From Blasia pusilla (Eukaryota): a stretch of DNA of 64,000 bases. Positions 11,597 to 24,600 of this stretch are shown here, in pieces (the stretch's first letter is position 1; every line of letters begins with the position of its first letter). A model generated the notes under the pieces. The model was not told where the DNA came from, did no database searches, and worked only from the letters and a program-made list of their open reading frames with translations. Position numbers and translations under genes: made by a program. Location: NCBI GenBank assembly GCA_050084515.1, contig CM114271.1, positions 39,556,001-39,620,000 of the forward strand, given 5' to 3'.

Positions 11597-14500
11597 TCAA
11601 TCTCTTCTGGTCCGCTTACGCTTGGTTTCCAACCAGCGTTTGAGTGGAATACTCATTTGATGCCAAGGAAGCGCCTTCAGCGGTTCCCAAGTAGCCTCCG
11701 CCCCCACCGGAGCGGCCCATCGGCATAGAAACTCTCGCTGAAACCGACCTTCATGATCCGCAACCACGCGCTCCTTAAGTATCTCCTCCACTTGCATACC
11801 CTGCAATTCTGGTAATGCCTCCAAAACAGGGTGCCACTTTTGTTCTCGAGTGGAGAATCGGTCAAAATCATCCACAAACTCTTTTAACAAGGAAACATGG
11901 AAGACTGGATGATAACTTTTCATAGTGGCAGGCAACTGCAATTCATATGCCACTTTGGCGACTCGCCTCAACACAGTGTAAGGTCCCGCCCACCGGGGTA
12001 CCAACTTCCGCACATGGCCCACGGGGAAATGAAAATTCTTTGTTTTCAACCAAACCTTGTCACCGACTCGATACTCAACATCTCTTCTATGCTGGTTGGC
12101 TTGTTTGGCGTACCGTTTCTGAGCACGCGCCATGTTAGCTTTGGCGAGATCCAACACAAATCCATTCACATTCAAAAACTCATCGACTTCGGGCTTGGCC
12201 GGTGCCCTAGGTCGCTCTTCCTCGTTCCACATGGACAAAGCTAAGGGCGTTAGCGGCGGATGGCGGCCTCGATAGACCACCTCAAATGGAGCTAATCCTG
12301 TGGTGAAGTGGCGGCTGGAGTTATAGGCAAATTCCAGCAAAGTTAGATGGTTCACCCAATCTGTTTGATCGCCAACAATATAGTTGCGCAAGCCTTGTTC
12401 CACAACCTGGTTCACGCGTTCAGTTTGGCCGTCCGTTTGCGGATGATAGGCGGTGCTAAACTTAAGATTAGTTCCTAGGCGCGTGAACAGTTGCGTCCAA
12501 AATTCAGAGGTGAACCTCGCATCTCTGTCAGTCACAATGTCTCGTGGGAGCCCATGCAATCGAAACACATGCGTCAGGAATAACTCAGCGGTACTCGCGG
12601 CGGTGATGGTTTCCTGGCAAGGTACAAAGTGAGCTTGCTTGCTGAACCGATCGCACACTACCCAAATGGTGTCACATCCATCAATCATGGGGAGTCCAAC
12701 CACGAAATCCATGCTCAATGACTCCCAAATGCCTTCGGGAATGGGCAGCGGGTGAAGTAATCCCGCTGGTTCTCTATAATCTGCTCGATGTTGTTGACAT
12801 GCAACACATGAAGATACAAAATCGCTCACGTCTGAACTCAGCGTGGGCCACCAAAATTTGCTTCTAACGCGTTCAAGTGTCCGCTCTCTACCTCCATGGG
12901 CGGCAAGCTCACAGTCATGACATTCTACCAAAATCTGCGTTCTAAGCTCGCCGGCCGGCACATATATCCGGTCTTGTTTAAACAGCCAAAGCCTATTGCG
13001 ACACTCTAACTTTTTGGCCTTGCTGTTCGCGGGCGCCATTAGCCGCCACTCAGTGGCTTGCTGATCTCCCTCGGTGGCGCTGCGAATCCGATCGAGTAGA
13101 TCCTATTCCACAGGCCGAGACACCAGCAGGTTAACTTTGCGGCTCAAGGCGTCGGCGGGAACATGTTCCTTGCCTTTCTTGTAGTGCCATATTACATGAA
13201 ACCGCGAGAGTTCTAGCTGCCATCGAACCTGTTTTGGAGAGAGTCGCGGTTGGGTTTGGAAGTAAGTGTTGGCAATGTTATCCGTAACAATGGTGACTTG
13301 GCTCGGTAATAAGTAATGCTGCCATCGCTTCAAGCAATAGATTACTGCATACATCTCCTTCTCATGGGCGGCCCAGCGAACTTCCACTTCGCTGAGTTTG
13401 TGTGATTCGTAGGCAACGGGACGGCCGTTTTGCATCAACACTCTGCCAATCGCCAAGTTTGACGCGTCCGTGTGAATCTCGAAAGGTTCACCTAACTTGG
13501 GCAGAGCCAACACAGGTTCGGTGCTAAGGACCTGTTTCAATTGGACAAACACCCAGTCCCGTTCAGGCGTCCAGCGGAACGCTGCATTCTTCTTGGTGAG
13601 TTCATGGAGTGGGCCCACTATTCCAGAAAACATGTTCACATGTTTACGAAAATAAGTTGCTAAACCTAGAAACGACCTCAACTCAGGCACATTTCGGGGT
13701 TGGGGCCACTCAATCAGCGTTCGAATCTTGGCGTGATTCGGGTGAACGCCGTCCTCATCTATGAGACAATCTAAAAATGCTACATTCTGCTGTCCGAAAG
13801 AGCACTTGCTCTTCTTGACATACAGTTTCTCCTTCCGAAGTCTTCTCATAACCTCTTCGACATCCAAGAGGTGTTGCGCCCAGGTTGGGGAGAACACTAT
13901 GATATCGTCCAAGTAGACAATCACGCATACATCCAACAAATCCCTAAACACGTCGTTCATGAGCGTACAAAACGTGGCGGGGGGCGTTGGTTAAGCCGAA
14001 GGGTAACACCACATACTCGTAAAGACCATACCGAGTTCTGATCGCCGTCTTGAACTCATCTCCTTCAGCGATCCGAATCTGATGGTAACCCGATCTGAGA
14101 TCAAGTTTTGTGAAGAACCTCCCCGTGGCGAGCCTATCCATAGTCTCGTCCATCAGCGGGAGTGGATAGCGGTTCTTAACAGTCACCTTGTTAAGAGCGC
14201 GATAATCGCCACACATCCGAAGTGTCCCATCCTTCTTCGCCACAAACAGAATTGGGGTAGCGTATGGCGACACACTGGGTCGAATGTGATTCTTGTTCAG
14301 CAGATCATTCAGCTGGGCTTTGAGTTTATCCATCTCAGTGCACGTCATGCGGCGACCTCGCCCCATGCTAGGGATATCTACGCCCGGCTGAATCTCGATC
14401 TTGTGATCAAGCGCGCGCCTAGGCGGCAATTCCGGCGGGAGTTCTTTGGGCATTAAATCAGCGTGTCGCTCTAGCAAGGCACGCATATCAGGATGAAGCG

Positions 14501-16382
14501 GGGCCTCCTCCGGTTTTAAGTGAGGGCGTTCAGATTCTAAAGGGGCTTGTGACAGCAAAACCGTCCAAGCCTCATCTGCAGTTTTTAGGAGTTCGTCAAA
14601 CTGACGCGCGGAGCAAACCTGGTGGGTTACTCACGCTTCGCTGAATTGCAGCGCCATGGCTTCGGGATCCTCTACGGTTTTAGGCGCCCTCAGCAAGGGA
14701 ACTTGTTCCCATTGTCCAACTCTATCGTAAAGGGACAGAAATCCCTCGTGGACGTTAACTATGGCTTTGAATTCCCGCAACCAATTCCAAGAGAGAATTC
14801 CCATGAATGATTCCGGTAAGTCCATCAGCAAGAATTCAGATCTGCGTTTGGTGTTTCCTATCAACAACGGAACCGACATACATTTTCTATCCACTTGGGT
14901 GGATCCCTGAGCAAACCGAACTAACAAGGGCTGAACTATCTTGGTTACGGCAAGCCCGAGACTCTTACTCTCTGATCTATTCATCACATTCACATTAGCC
15001 CCCGTGTCCAACAAGAAATACATTGGTTGCCCTTTAATGGACATGCGTACCCATGGTAAACATCTATTCATTGCTGTACCAAGTTCAGGCATACCTGATC
15101 CCACTTCAGCCACGCCTTCAATGGTTCTCGTGTCGCCGATGGCGTCTTGCTGATCCGGTTCACCCGCCTGCTCGCCATCAGCAAAGAATAGAGCAGCGTT
15201 CGGGCATTCCCTCACAAAATGTCCCCCTTGGCCGCATCGAAAACGACGGCGCGCATCAGATACAGTGGGCGTCATCAAAGATCTGCCCGGTGCCGCTGCC
15301 AAATTGGCCCGCATTCCAGATCTTGGTGTCTCAGATCTGGCCGGCGCGCCCGTGTTTCGAGATGGTTTTTGGGCGGCCCGGTTCAGAACTGACCCCACCG
15401 ACGAACCTCCAGATCTAGCTCGCGGCAGCAGGGCACCAGATCCCCGCGCTGTAGTGCTAAATTGCCCGCTGGTTCTCGGGCGTCCGCGGCCTTGAATCTG
15501 GCGGCTCACTTTGCCACTTCTCCATCTTCTTGCCGGTTTGAACTCGCGTGCTCCTGGTCTAGTTGTCGCCGGACCAGCGTGCTCTCTCCGCGCAAATTCC
15601 ACATTCTCTAACTTCTTAAACACGGTTTCCAGCGGCAACTCATCTCCCCATTCTTCTACCTTCATGGCGTAGAAGTGTTGTAATCTTGCAATGAACCGGT
15701 AGCGCCGCTCTTCCACATTCGTCATTCCCGCTAGCGTCGCGAGGTGACCAAATTCAAATATGTAATCACGAATACTACCGGTCTGACGTAAAGACTCCAG
15801 CGCATTGCGTCTAAGCACATATTCATTGGCGGGCACTAGCCGCGCTCTGATCAATTGCTTCAACTCCTCCCAGGTGCTAATGGGCGGCTGCGCGGCGGCT
15901 TCACGCTCACGTTGCACCGCCATCAACCAGCAACGAGCCACTTCTCCTAAGCGGGAACATGCGTACGTGAACCACCCTACCTGAGCAAAACACTGTAGAT
16001 ATAGCGACATAGCCAATTCCCAAGACTCGAATAAACTCAGGTCCCGCTCTCCATTGTAGACAGGCGGTTCCGCCGACTTTGGCCACCGCAGCCCGCGTCT
16101 CTCACCTTGAACCTGTGCGCCCAAGCGCTCTGCTGCTGTTACTAAATGGGGAGGAGAATTGGGCAGCTCCCTAGCTGCACGGTTCGCTGGTTCAGCACCT
16201 GCGACAGGTTCTTCAGGCTGCGCTGCCGCCTCACTCACATTATCAAACATGGCTTGGCGCAGCTGCTCAAGCTCATCCTCTCGCTCTTTAAGTCTGATTT
16301 CAAGAGCTTTCCTTTGAGCTTCCGCCTGCGCTAGCTGCTGTTCCATCTCTGAACTCGATCCACGGAATCGTGTGTGCACCAT
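11597..16382 (-). pseudogene. Single gag-pol polyprotein ORF of the chromovirus, with premature stops at about 14631 and 13103 and a frameshift at about 13980
   Basis: Gag with a zinc knuckle whose first Cys is Arg (RFRCGQGGHFVREC); protease [17 protein letters not shown] and YLDD; RNase H TDAS; integrase HHCC and DDE (SMDF, TDRD, QTERVN); GPY/F motif; C-terminal chromodomain. ORFs either side of each stop are in frame. Confidence 0.93.
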
Positions 16383-16407
16383 CTACCTACTAAGGTCCAG
16401 ATCTGGT

Positions 16408-16419
16408 GCTCTGATACCA
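16408..16419 (-). promoter_or_regulatory. Primer-binding site, tRNA-iMet
   Basis: TGGTATCAGAGC on the minus strand, 2 nt after the LTR end (..CGTCA). Confidence 0.92.
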
Positions 16420-16421
16420 AG

Positions 16422-17473
16422 TGACGCCGAGAATTTCTTCGCTGTTTTCCCAAGCTGCAAACCTGCAATCACCAAGCAACAAAACAAGCAAGACTACAAG
16501 CTGCAACGCTTAACAACTCAACCTCCCGGCGCGCCACCAAACCTCTCGGAGTTTGGCTCCGGCTTTACCCACTCACACTCTCTGAGTTCTAATCACCAGG
16601 GCTCAGTTCTCCGCATTAGGAGCACTCCAGGGAACCACACTCAGAACTCATCCAGCCAACCTGATTTCGACAGCGCTTCCGCGTGACTCACTACAATGCT
16701 CAACTGAAGAACCTCACTCTCTCACTCCAAAGCCACGACACTCTAATCCAAATGACCCTGAGTTGAAAGCAATATGATCTAGCTTCAAACACCTCTCCTG
16801 CAATCTTGCCCCAGCTCGCTCGCTCTATCCTCCTCAACCAAGAGCTACACTCCACCTCCCGAGACTCCGCCTCGAGCTTACAGGTCGCGCGATCCTCAAT
16901 TTCACAGCACCCCTTCCTCTTTGCGCATGAACGCTGATCGCTACAGATCTGATCTCACTACGTGCGACCCTGCAAAGGAATCGCCTGCTTCCCAGCTTTC
17001 CAACGCGTCCAAGAACTCCGAAAACGGCCCCCGTTTCCACCCCCTCTCGCGGTTATACTGAACTCGACTCCTATCGGGTTCCGAGTCTGCCGCGGCGGTT
17101 CGGCTCTTTCACGCTCCGCGACTAGGACGTACTCCCGTACTCGACTCGCGCCCGGTTCCGAGTACTTGCGGCGGTTCTCCTGACCTGGACTGATCTTCCT
17201 CTACTTGCTGCGGTTCTAGATACCCCTACATACTTTGCGGCGCCGACTCCTTGGGCGGCGGTTTTGGCGGCCGCCCCAGTTAGCTCCGCAACAACCTTAT
17301 TTATCCCGCCCCTCATTATCGACAAGTACAGACGCAACCTAGACCTTGGCGCATGGCTGACTCTGAGTGGCGACTTTCCTGGTGATCTCGTCATAGCCCG
17401 TTTTCAAGTAAACAACGGTGATCGGCAATACCTGGTGGCAGTGTGCTTGGGTTGGCGGGTTCAGAATATACTC
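16422..17473 (-). repeat. 5' LTR of the chromovirus, about 1.05 kb, missing its first few nt
   Basis: Ends in CA before the PBS and matches the 3' LTR. The TG start is replaced by an integrase-derived filler. Confidence 0.9.
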
Positions 17474-18122
17474 GGGCTTGGCCGGTGCCCTAGGTCGCTC
17501 TTCCTCGTTCCACATGGACAAAGCTAAGGACACCTCTCCTCTCAAGTCTCTTGTGCTATTGACACATGTCAGATTAAGAGAATACCAAATTTAACAGAGA
17601 CTAGGAAATCTTCACCTAATCCTATAATAGTAGATCTACGTAGATCATCAAGTTATTCTAGCCTTCCTATCAATTATGTAAGCAACTTGTGAACCTTTAT
17701 TTTAGATAATCTTTGTTAGATGACGATGTCGTTGACAATGTGAATGTCAATATGTCTTCTTTGGAGGACTATATCCCTCTTGCAACTGCACTCACTATAT
17801 AGACATGAACTTAAGTCAACATGAAAAAAATTACGAGCGTTCCAAACAATATTTCAAATTATTGATACGGGATAATTAAATTCCAACTCTCGAAATCTTT
17901 TTCGAATTCCCATCCACATGACCTGATGTATAATAATAATATGGATGGTGATAATCTATGGATGGAAGGATGTGTTTTTTTTATTGCTCCTCAGTTTGAG
18001 ACTTGTCACTAGATTTCTTTACAAAAAACTTTTGGTCATGTTAAAAAAGGATCATACAAAGAGATTGGTAAGGAAAGTGAATTATTAAATAGGGATTTGT
18101 GCATTGCATGGTCCCTTACGGG

Positions 18123-18402
18123 CAAGGTTGCATGTGGACAAAATCTGTGTCCGTGGACTTATGTCCGTCCTATGGAAGGACTTGCCCGTATGGGCCCCAC
18201 CTTTCCCTTCTTTTGCATTCCCCATACTTGCCTTTGTGTTCCATACTCCCCCATTTCTTCCTCCCTCCACCTTCACTCTCTCTTCACTCATTGCTCCTCT
18301 CATCCTTGCATTGACTTCCATCATGGACTAAAAGTGTGGGTCCCACCTCTTAGAACCCATGTCCATCCTAAGGAAGGACTTGTCTATTTTTGTGCAACCA
18401 TA
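18123..18402. mobile_element. hAT-type MITE, copy A
   Basis: TIRs CAAGGTTGCA and TGCAACCATA, flanked by an 8-bp TSD cttacggg/cttacgga (1 mismatch). Confidence 0.8.
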
Positions 18403-19005
18403 CTTACGGATCCTTACGAGTTAGTTATTCATATCAATGGGGTAACTTAGGAGAAGAGGTTTTATTCTTTAGTATGATATTTTGCCAATCTAATCCACTC
18501 AAATTTTGGTTCTCCATTAATGGAAAGTGCTCATGTAAATGAACCTTTTTTATTTTATTTTGGGAGATGCCACATATAGAGGTGCTTTAGCCATGCTTTA
18601 AAAGTTCTCTCACATATAATTTATGGTATTGATGAAATTAGGTTAAGGGGGAATCCCCCGTAGCTTTGGAAATTTGAATCCCCCAGTCTCTCTTAATGTC
18701 CTCATTTTTAACCTTCCAATAGGTTCCCTCATTTTCTTTCATTCATGTCCTATATTTGGGCCAAACTGAATTGGTTTTTCTCCTTAAACTTTACCCTTAA
18801 ACTTTCTTTTCCAAAAGCAATTTTCTTTTCACTTAAGAAGGAAAATATTTTTTTCGGAGCCATTTTTTGATATCTACAAAATTTAAAATTTCTACCCACT
18901 CCTATGGGCTTTTTTTTAATTGATAATTCTTTTAAGAAATTCCTTTGATATTTAAGAGGCATCATGAATCGTGATTTGCATATCCAAGGCACAAGAGAGC
19001 CATGA

Positions 19006-19555
19006 CATGGTTGCACAAAAATGGACAAATCCTCCCTTAGGACGGACATGGGCGGACAAGTCATGACATATTCACGGACATGGGTTCTAAGAGGTGGGAC
19101 CCACACTTATAGTCCATGATGGAAGGCAATGCAAGGATAAGTGGAGCAATGAGAGAGGAGGGAGGAGGGAGAAGGGAGTGGAGGTGGAGGTGGAGGGAGG
19201 AAGAAATGGGGGAATATGGAACACCAAGGCAAGTAAGGGGAAGCATAAAGAAGGGAAAGGTGGGGCCCATATGGATAAGTCCTTCCATAGGATGGACATA
19301 AGTCCACGGAGATGGACATATCCACATGAAATCTTGTTGTGGATTGAGGTTGAAAGTCCGTGTCCACGGACTGATGTCCATTCTATGGACGGACATGTCC
19401 GTGCGGGCTCGGGTACCTATGGCCCCCATCCTAGCCCGCCATACGGCCATCCAAGAGGCACGGGCTTTGTCAGCCCGGGTACGGGCTTTGGTGCTTTCAC
19501 GCATGTCCGTCGAGTTGTCAACATGTCTGGACATATGCGTTTCCGTGCAACCTTT
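19006..19555. mobile_element. hAT-type MITE, copy B, inverted relative to A and longer
   Basis: TIRs CATGGTTGCAC and GTGCAACCTTT. 19006-19328 is the reverse complement of copy A. Repeated GGACAT/ATGTCC and CGGGC subterminal motifs. No clear TSD. Confidence 0.7.
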
Positions 19556-21211
19556 CTATTGATATATCCTATTCTAGTAGAACTTCTAGTAGATCCTCTT
19601 AGATGTGAGATTTCCATAGACGTAGGTTCTAGGAATCTCACAATAATTATTTGATTATGAATCAAACTACTTGCATACTGATTAATTTATGTTCTAGCTA
19701 CACTTATATAGTTGTATAACTTAAGAGGTTAAACTTAAATATGTCATAAATATTTCTAACTATGATATATTGTATTATAGTTTTATCAAACTAGTTAGCA
19801 TGTTTGTGCTAAACACGGAAAGAGAATGATGTGCTAGTACTCAATGACTTGTGTGATGTGCAATAAGTTTAAATTAATATACCTAATATCAATTTTATTT
19901 TTATGAGATTGTGAGCTTTTTGGGGCATGCAATATGTCATTTTATGGGTGTGAAAAAGTTTGAATGCAATATTGTGACAATATGTAGATTCTAATTCATC
20001 ATATGGTCATACCCATAAGAAAAAAATTATTCATTTTCTTCAAACTTTGAACCCAACCTAACATACTATGTAGGATCTAATGATTCTAATGCTTCTTGCA
20101 TCTTCGATGCTAACTAATTTTACGTACACTAAGCACCTTACTCATTTTAAAACTCTCTTCTCCCACCGTGTTAGTGTTAGCCCATTGGTCTAGGAGCAGA
20201 GGGCTTTTTAAGGATTTTCTCGAGAAATTGGAATTTTTAAAAAAAAAGGGGAATATAGTAAAGAATAAATATTCAACAAGAGAAGGAAGTAGAGAAAGGA
20301 ATAAATTTCAAATAATAGAGAGCTTCATCAACATGAAGATTTAATTTTGAAACAAGGAAAGAGATGTGAATAATTTTGAATAATCAAGCCAACATATTGA
20401 GAAAGGGAATTTAAAGTTTCAACAATGGAGGGCTTTTCTCCTCTATTGAGAATTAGTGTTTATTTTCAAGAGAAGAGGGTTACCTAATAAGATTATTTTA
20501 TCAACCCAGGAGGGAATGAGAAAAAGGGATAAATTTCAATTAGGGAGGGGGCCGCTCCCTAATTACTCCCTTCCAACAACAATGAAAGGAAAAGAAAAAG
20601 AAATTCTCAATAAGAAAAGAAAGGAGAGCTATATAATATTAGATTTAAATATGAGATTGAGGAAATTTCCCACTCATTTCAAGATAGGGATAAATTTTTG
20701 AGAAAAGGGAAATTAGAGAAAGGTATAAATTTTTTAGGAAGGGGTTTGAGGGAAGATTCCATTAATGGAAAAAATGTTTAATTTTCAAAAGGAAAGGGGA
20801 GGAGTTAAGGTTATAATTTCAAATCGAGAGAGATAATTGAGAGGATAGGGACTAATACCATCGATTTAGATCCTTCAAGGATTTACTGAGGTATGAAGAG
20901 GCCGGAGAATAAAATAAGGTGGAAGGGGTAAGGATGGGAAGGGTGTTGAATCAAGGGACCCTTCATTCTCTCAAGTGCAATATTTGAAAAGAGAAGAAAG
21001 GAGTCTAACAAGATGATGTTTTGGATAGAAACATCCAATAGGATATGGATTTGATAATACTTGGAAATTCCAAAAAAAAATCTATTCCGAAAGAGGAATT
21101 AAGAGTGGAGATATGAAATTCCACGGGCTCCTCCCTTTATATAGAAGGACACATATGTATAGACTGTATGGGCCTTTTTTGGATAGTTAAGAAGGGCTCA
21201 TGAGTAATCAA

Positions 21212-21415
21212 TAGGGTTGCACGGAAATAGACAAGCTCGTCTATGGGATAGACGTCTCCACTTTCACGTGCATACACATCATTACACAACATACATTACT
21301 GTCACCAAACATACACACAAACACGCACCCATTCTGACTTATGGCATCCAAACATCGAAACGAGAAGTATCAAAATATCTCCAATAAATCACGTGGATCT
21401 CACTCACAAATTTGT

Positions 21416-21501
<86 letters not shown>

Positions 21502-21809
21502 CTCTTCTAATGAGAGGCTTGGATTACACACACAAGGCAAGGAGGACCATAGCTCCGTCACCTTATGCCAAGAGGTTCAACAAAGAGAGAATGAGCTCTC
21601 AAGCTCTCTCTCTTGGAGGTATAACCCCTTCCCTCTCCCAAGCTCTCTCCACGATAAGCTATGCTCATCGAGCCCCTGTTGGCTCTTGACTTGTTGTAGC
21701 GGGTCAAGATTCGCCTACGGGTAGTAGGATATCCAAGCCCGCTTGAACATGTCCATCCTAGGGATAGACATAAGTCCACTGACATGGACTTTGCATGTGT
21801 GCAACCTTG
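21212..21809. mobile_element. hAT-type MITE, copy C, with a different interior that includes a (CT)n tract
   Basis: TIRs TAGGGTTGCAC and GTGCAACCTTG, flanked by an 8-bp TSD gtaatcaa/gtgatcaa (1 mismatch). Confidence 0.78.
21417..21495. repeat. (CT)n microsatellite
   Basis: About 39 perfect CT units. Confidence 0.95.
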
Positions 21810-23964
21810 GTGATCAATCCCTAATTTCCTACCTACTTCCAAAGTTCCAAGGAGAAACTAAAGGAGTCTATCTTAATCCCCACACTATAGATAGATAGAT
21901 AAATAAATAGACAAAAAATAGGGGATGTTTTAGACCTAGGGAAAAAAGTTAGGGAGAACTCTTTCCATTCCTCTTAAGAGTTCAGAGTAGAGATACAAAA
22001 AGGATTGAAGTTGAGAATGAGTTAGATGGGTAGTGAGAAGAATAAAGGAAATGGAGGGATCCTCCATTCCTTAGGAGAGGAGAGGTATGTAGCCACAAGG
22101 GATCCTTATGAATCCTTCATTCTCTCCAAAGTCTTAAAGAGGAAAAGGGATGAGATCATTTTATATTTATATTTATAGGGCTAGACTTTCTCTTTGGCTC
22201 ACTCACCCATAAAAATACTAGTCTTTAGTATGCATGGAATGCAATTTACCAACTATTATAATAGCATAGCATAACACTTGATTTAATCTTTGGTAATAGG
22301 AAGAGTATTTGGAATTTGAGAGGCATCATCCTCTTTTCCAAGTTTCATTCTCATATGAGGATCTAAAAGCTTCAAAGTTGAGCTACTCAAAGGACCTTAT
22401 CTTGAGCATACTACCATGCATGCCCACCCTTGGAAATTCATTTTAAAATATCTATAAAAGGAGGAAGGAATGGCGAATCAAGACAATTATGGTTGGATCA
22501 AGCCTACCAAAATTTTAGAAGAATTAGCTCCCAATGCCTCCCATATGAATTAAAATTGAACTATTGGAGGTGAGAGAGCCACCAAGTGCTTCGTAGCTCC
22601 TTGTTATGGCCAAGAAAACTCCAAGTATTTTAGAGACAAAAGAAAAATTAATTTTGTCAACATTGAATATTTTTATGGGTGGAAATTAAATTTTTCCAGT
22701 CTCAATGGCTCATTTTTTTAACCTCTTGAGAAGTGTGGTACGTTATGAATAGCTAATTGGAATCTCTTCCAATTTGAAAATGAGAAGAAGGAATTATTAA
22801 AAAAAACTACAAAGAGGTTATGTTAAACCGTTAAATAAGTAACCCCTTAACTTCCCAAATGCTTTCTATCATTACTTTTGGGTGTATTCCTTCCACCAAA
22901 GAGTCCAAAAGTGTACAAGTACACCCAAAGGATAAAGTTTAACACTTAGGTTTATTTTGATTTTAGGTATTTCATCGTATTTGGGGTGTCCCCTTAATCT
23001 TTTCAATCGAAGATCATGGTATTTCCACGAAATGGGGAGAGGAGAAACGATGGTAGAAAATAGAGGTGGGTCAAAAAGGTGTGGGATAAGTGGACTCCCT
23101 TTGATTTTTGGAATTTTCCAGATTAGGTTGGCACCTAATGGGCGACATAAAGAAAGGTGGTAGCAAATAGTGATGGTGTGGGACTCATCGCTAAAGGAAA
23201 TTGGAAGGTGCTGGAGCTTGCACGAGTAGTAAATGTCGAGTGGGGCTTGCATTGTCCACTCTTCTTTATGTAAGTGTATAAAAAATTCATGAAGTTAAAC
23301 TTACAAAGAATACAATAGTCTAAGATTCTTAAGAGCTTAGCTCGAATTCCAACAAAATGAACTTCAAACTCGACTACATCAAATAAATTTATCATAGATT
23401 TGGAAGTTTTAGGAGAGTCACATAAATGCCACTCAATTTTCCTACATGATCATTCCATATGTTAACCGTACGGGAAGTGTCATAACATGAGGGTGGTAGT
23501 AATGAAGTGAACTAAGTAACTAACTTCCTACCGAAGTCCTTAAAATTTGGCCATCACAAGGTTTAAGAACAAGAACGCAAAACAAAACTGTAGCAGCCAA
23601 AGATCAAATATATCAAAAAAATTGTTTTCACAAACCTTAGCACGTCATAACTAAATATCGAGAGCTCTACGAATGTTTCTAACTTCCTCAAACTTGTTAT
23701 GTCGAATTTGTCACGTCTTTTAGGATATATCGGTGAGATCTAGTAGAGCGCCTTCGCAAGTAGTGAAGGACACACTCAAGAGGTCGAGGATGATCTGTTG
23801 AGGCCTCGGGAAACCTGAGAGAGCAGGTTTTTCTTTTGTTTTGGCTCATTTGGAGCCATATTGAGGAACTTACTATTTTAGATAAGTATCATTTTCAAAA
23901 TATGTTCGACTTTCTATTTTTGGTAAGTGGCTCTTGACCTCCTACATCACGTCAAGGAGGTGAC

Positions 23965-24300
23965 TTGGGAGCATAGGTTACCATGGAGAGAGCTTGGGAG
24001 AGGAGAGAGATATACCTTGTTGAACCTCTTCGCATAATGAGGCGGAGCTATGGTCTTGTTTGCCTTGTGTATGCAACTCAAGCCTCTCATTAGGAGAGTG
24101 GGTTTGGTTGAGAGAGACATGTAAGAGTGCACATATTTGAGAACTATGATGTTGAGAGAGATTGGATCTTGATTTATTGGAAATATTTTCGCACTTCTTG
24201 TCTCGTTGTTTAGATGTCATGAGTTAGCATGGGAGCGAACGTGTTTGTGTGTTTATTCGATGACAACGATGTATGATGTGCAACGACGTGTATGCCTACG
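23965..24300 (-). repeat. Inverted, diverged copy of the interior of MITE C (about 21250-21670)
   Basis: Reverse-complement similarity, also visible as the paired ORF translations ERLGLHTQGKEDHSS and ERLELHTQGKQDHSS. Confidence 0.75.
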
Positions 24301-24600
24301 ACAGATTTATCTTCACAATTATTATAAACTTTGTTATATCGAATTTATCTTCAAATTTACTATAAACTTTCATCCTAATTCCTTTCATTTATTTTGAAAA
24401 ATAATTTTATATTTTCTTTTTCATGAATGTATCGTAAAATTAAAGGAGTAAGTTAGATAGACTCCGAAGGCCGACGTCGCTAAGCAGTCCGATTAGAGCC
24501 GCGGGCGACGGCGGAAGTCCTAAGAAAGAATCTGAAGGCCCAAAGACCGCAACTGAAAGAAACGCCGGGACGGAGGCGGGATCCGTCGTGAATCGGGGAA

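Larger units (their letters stand above)
10089..17529 (-). mobile_element. Ty3/gypsy LTR retrotransposon (chromovirus), near full length, both outer ends damaged
   Basis: Paired LTRs, tRNA-iMet PBS, PPT, and gag-PR-RT-RH-INT-chromodomain order. Confidence 0.96.

Noticed and set aside
21341..21724. Poly-SL and poly-RE ORFs here and at 54.6-55.1 kb and 58.8-59.3 kb
   Set aside because: These are translations of (CT)n microsatellites.
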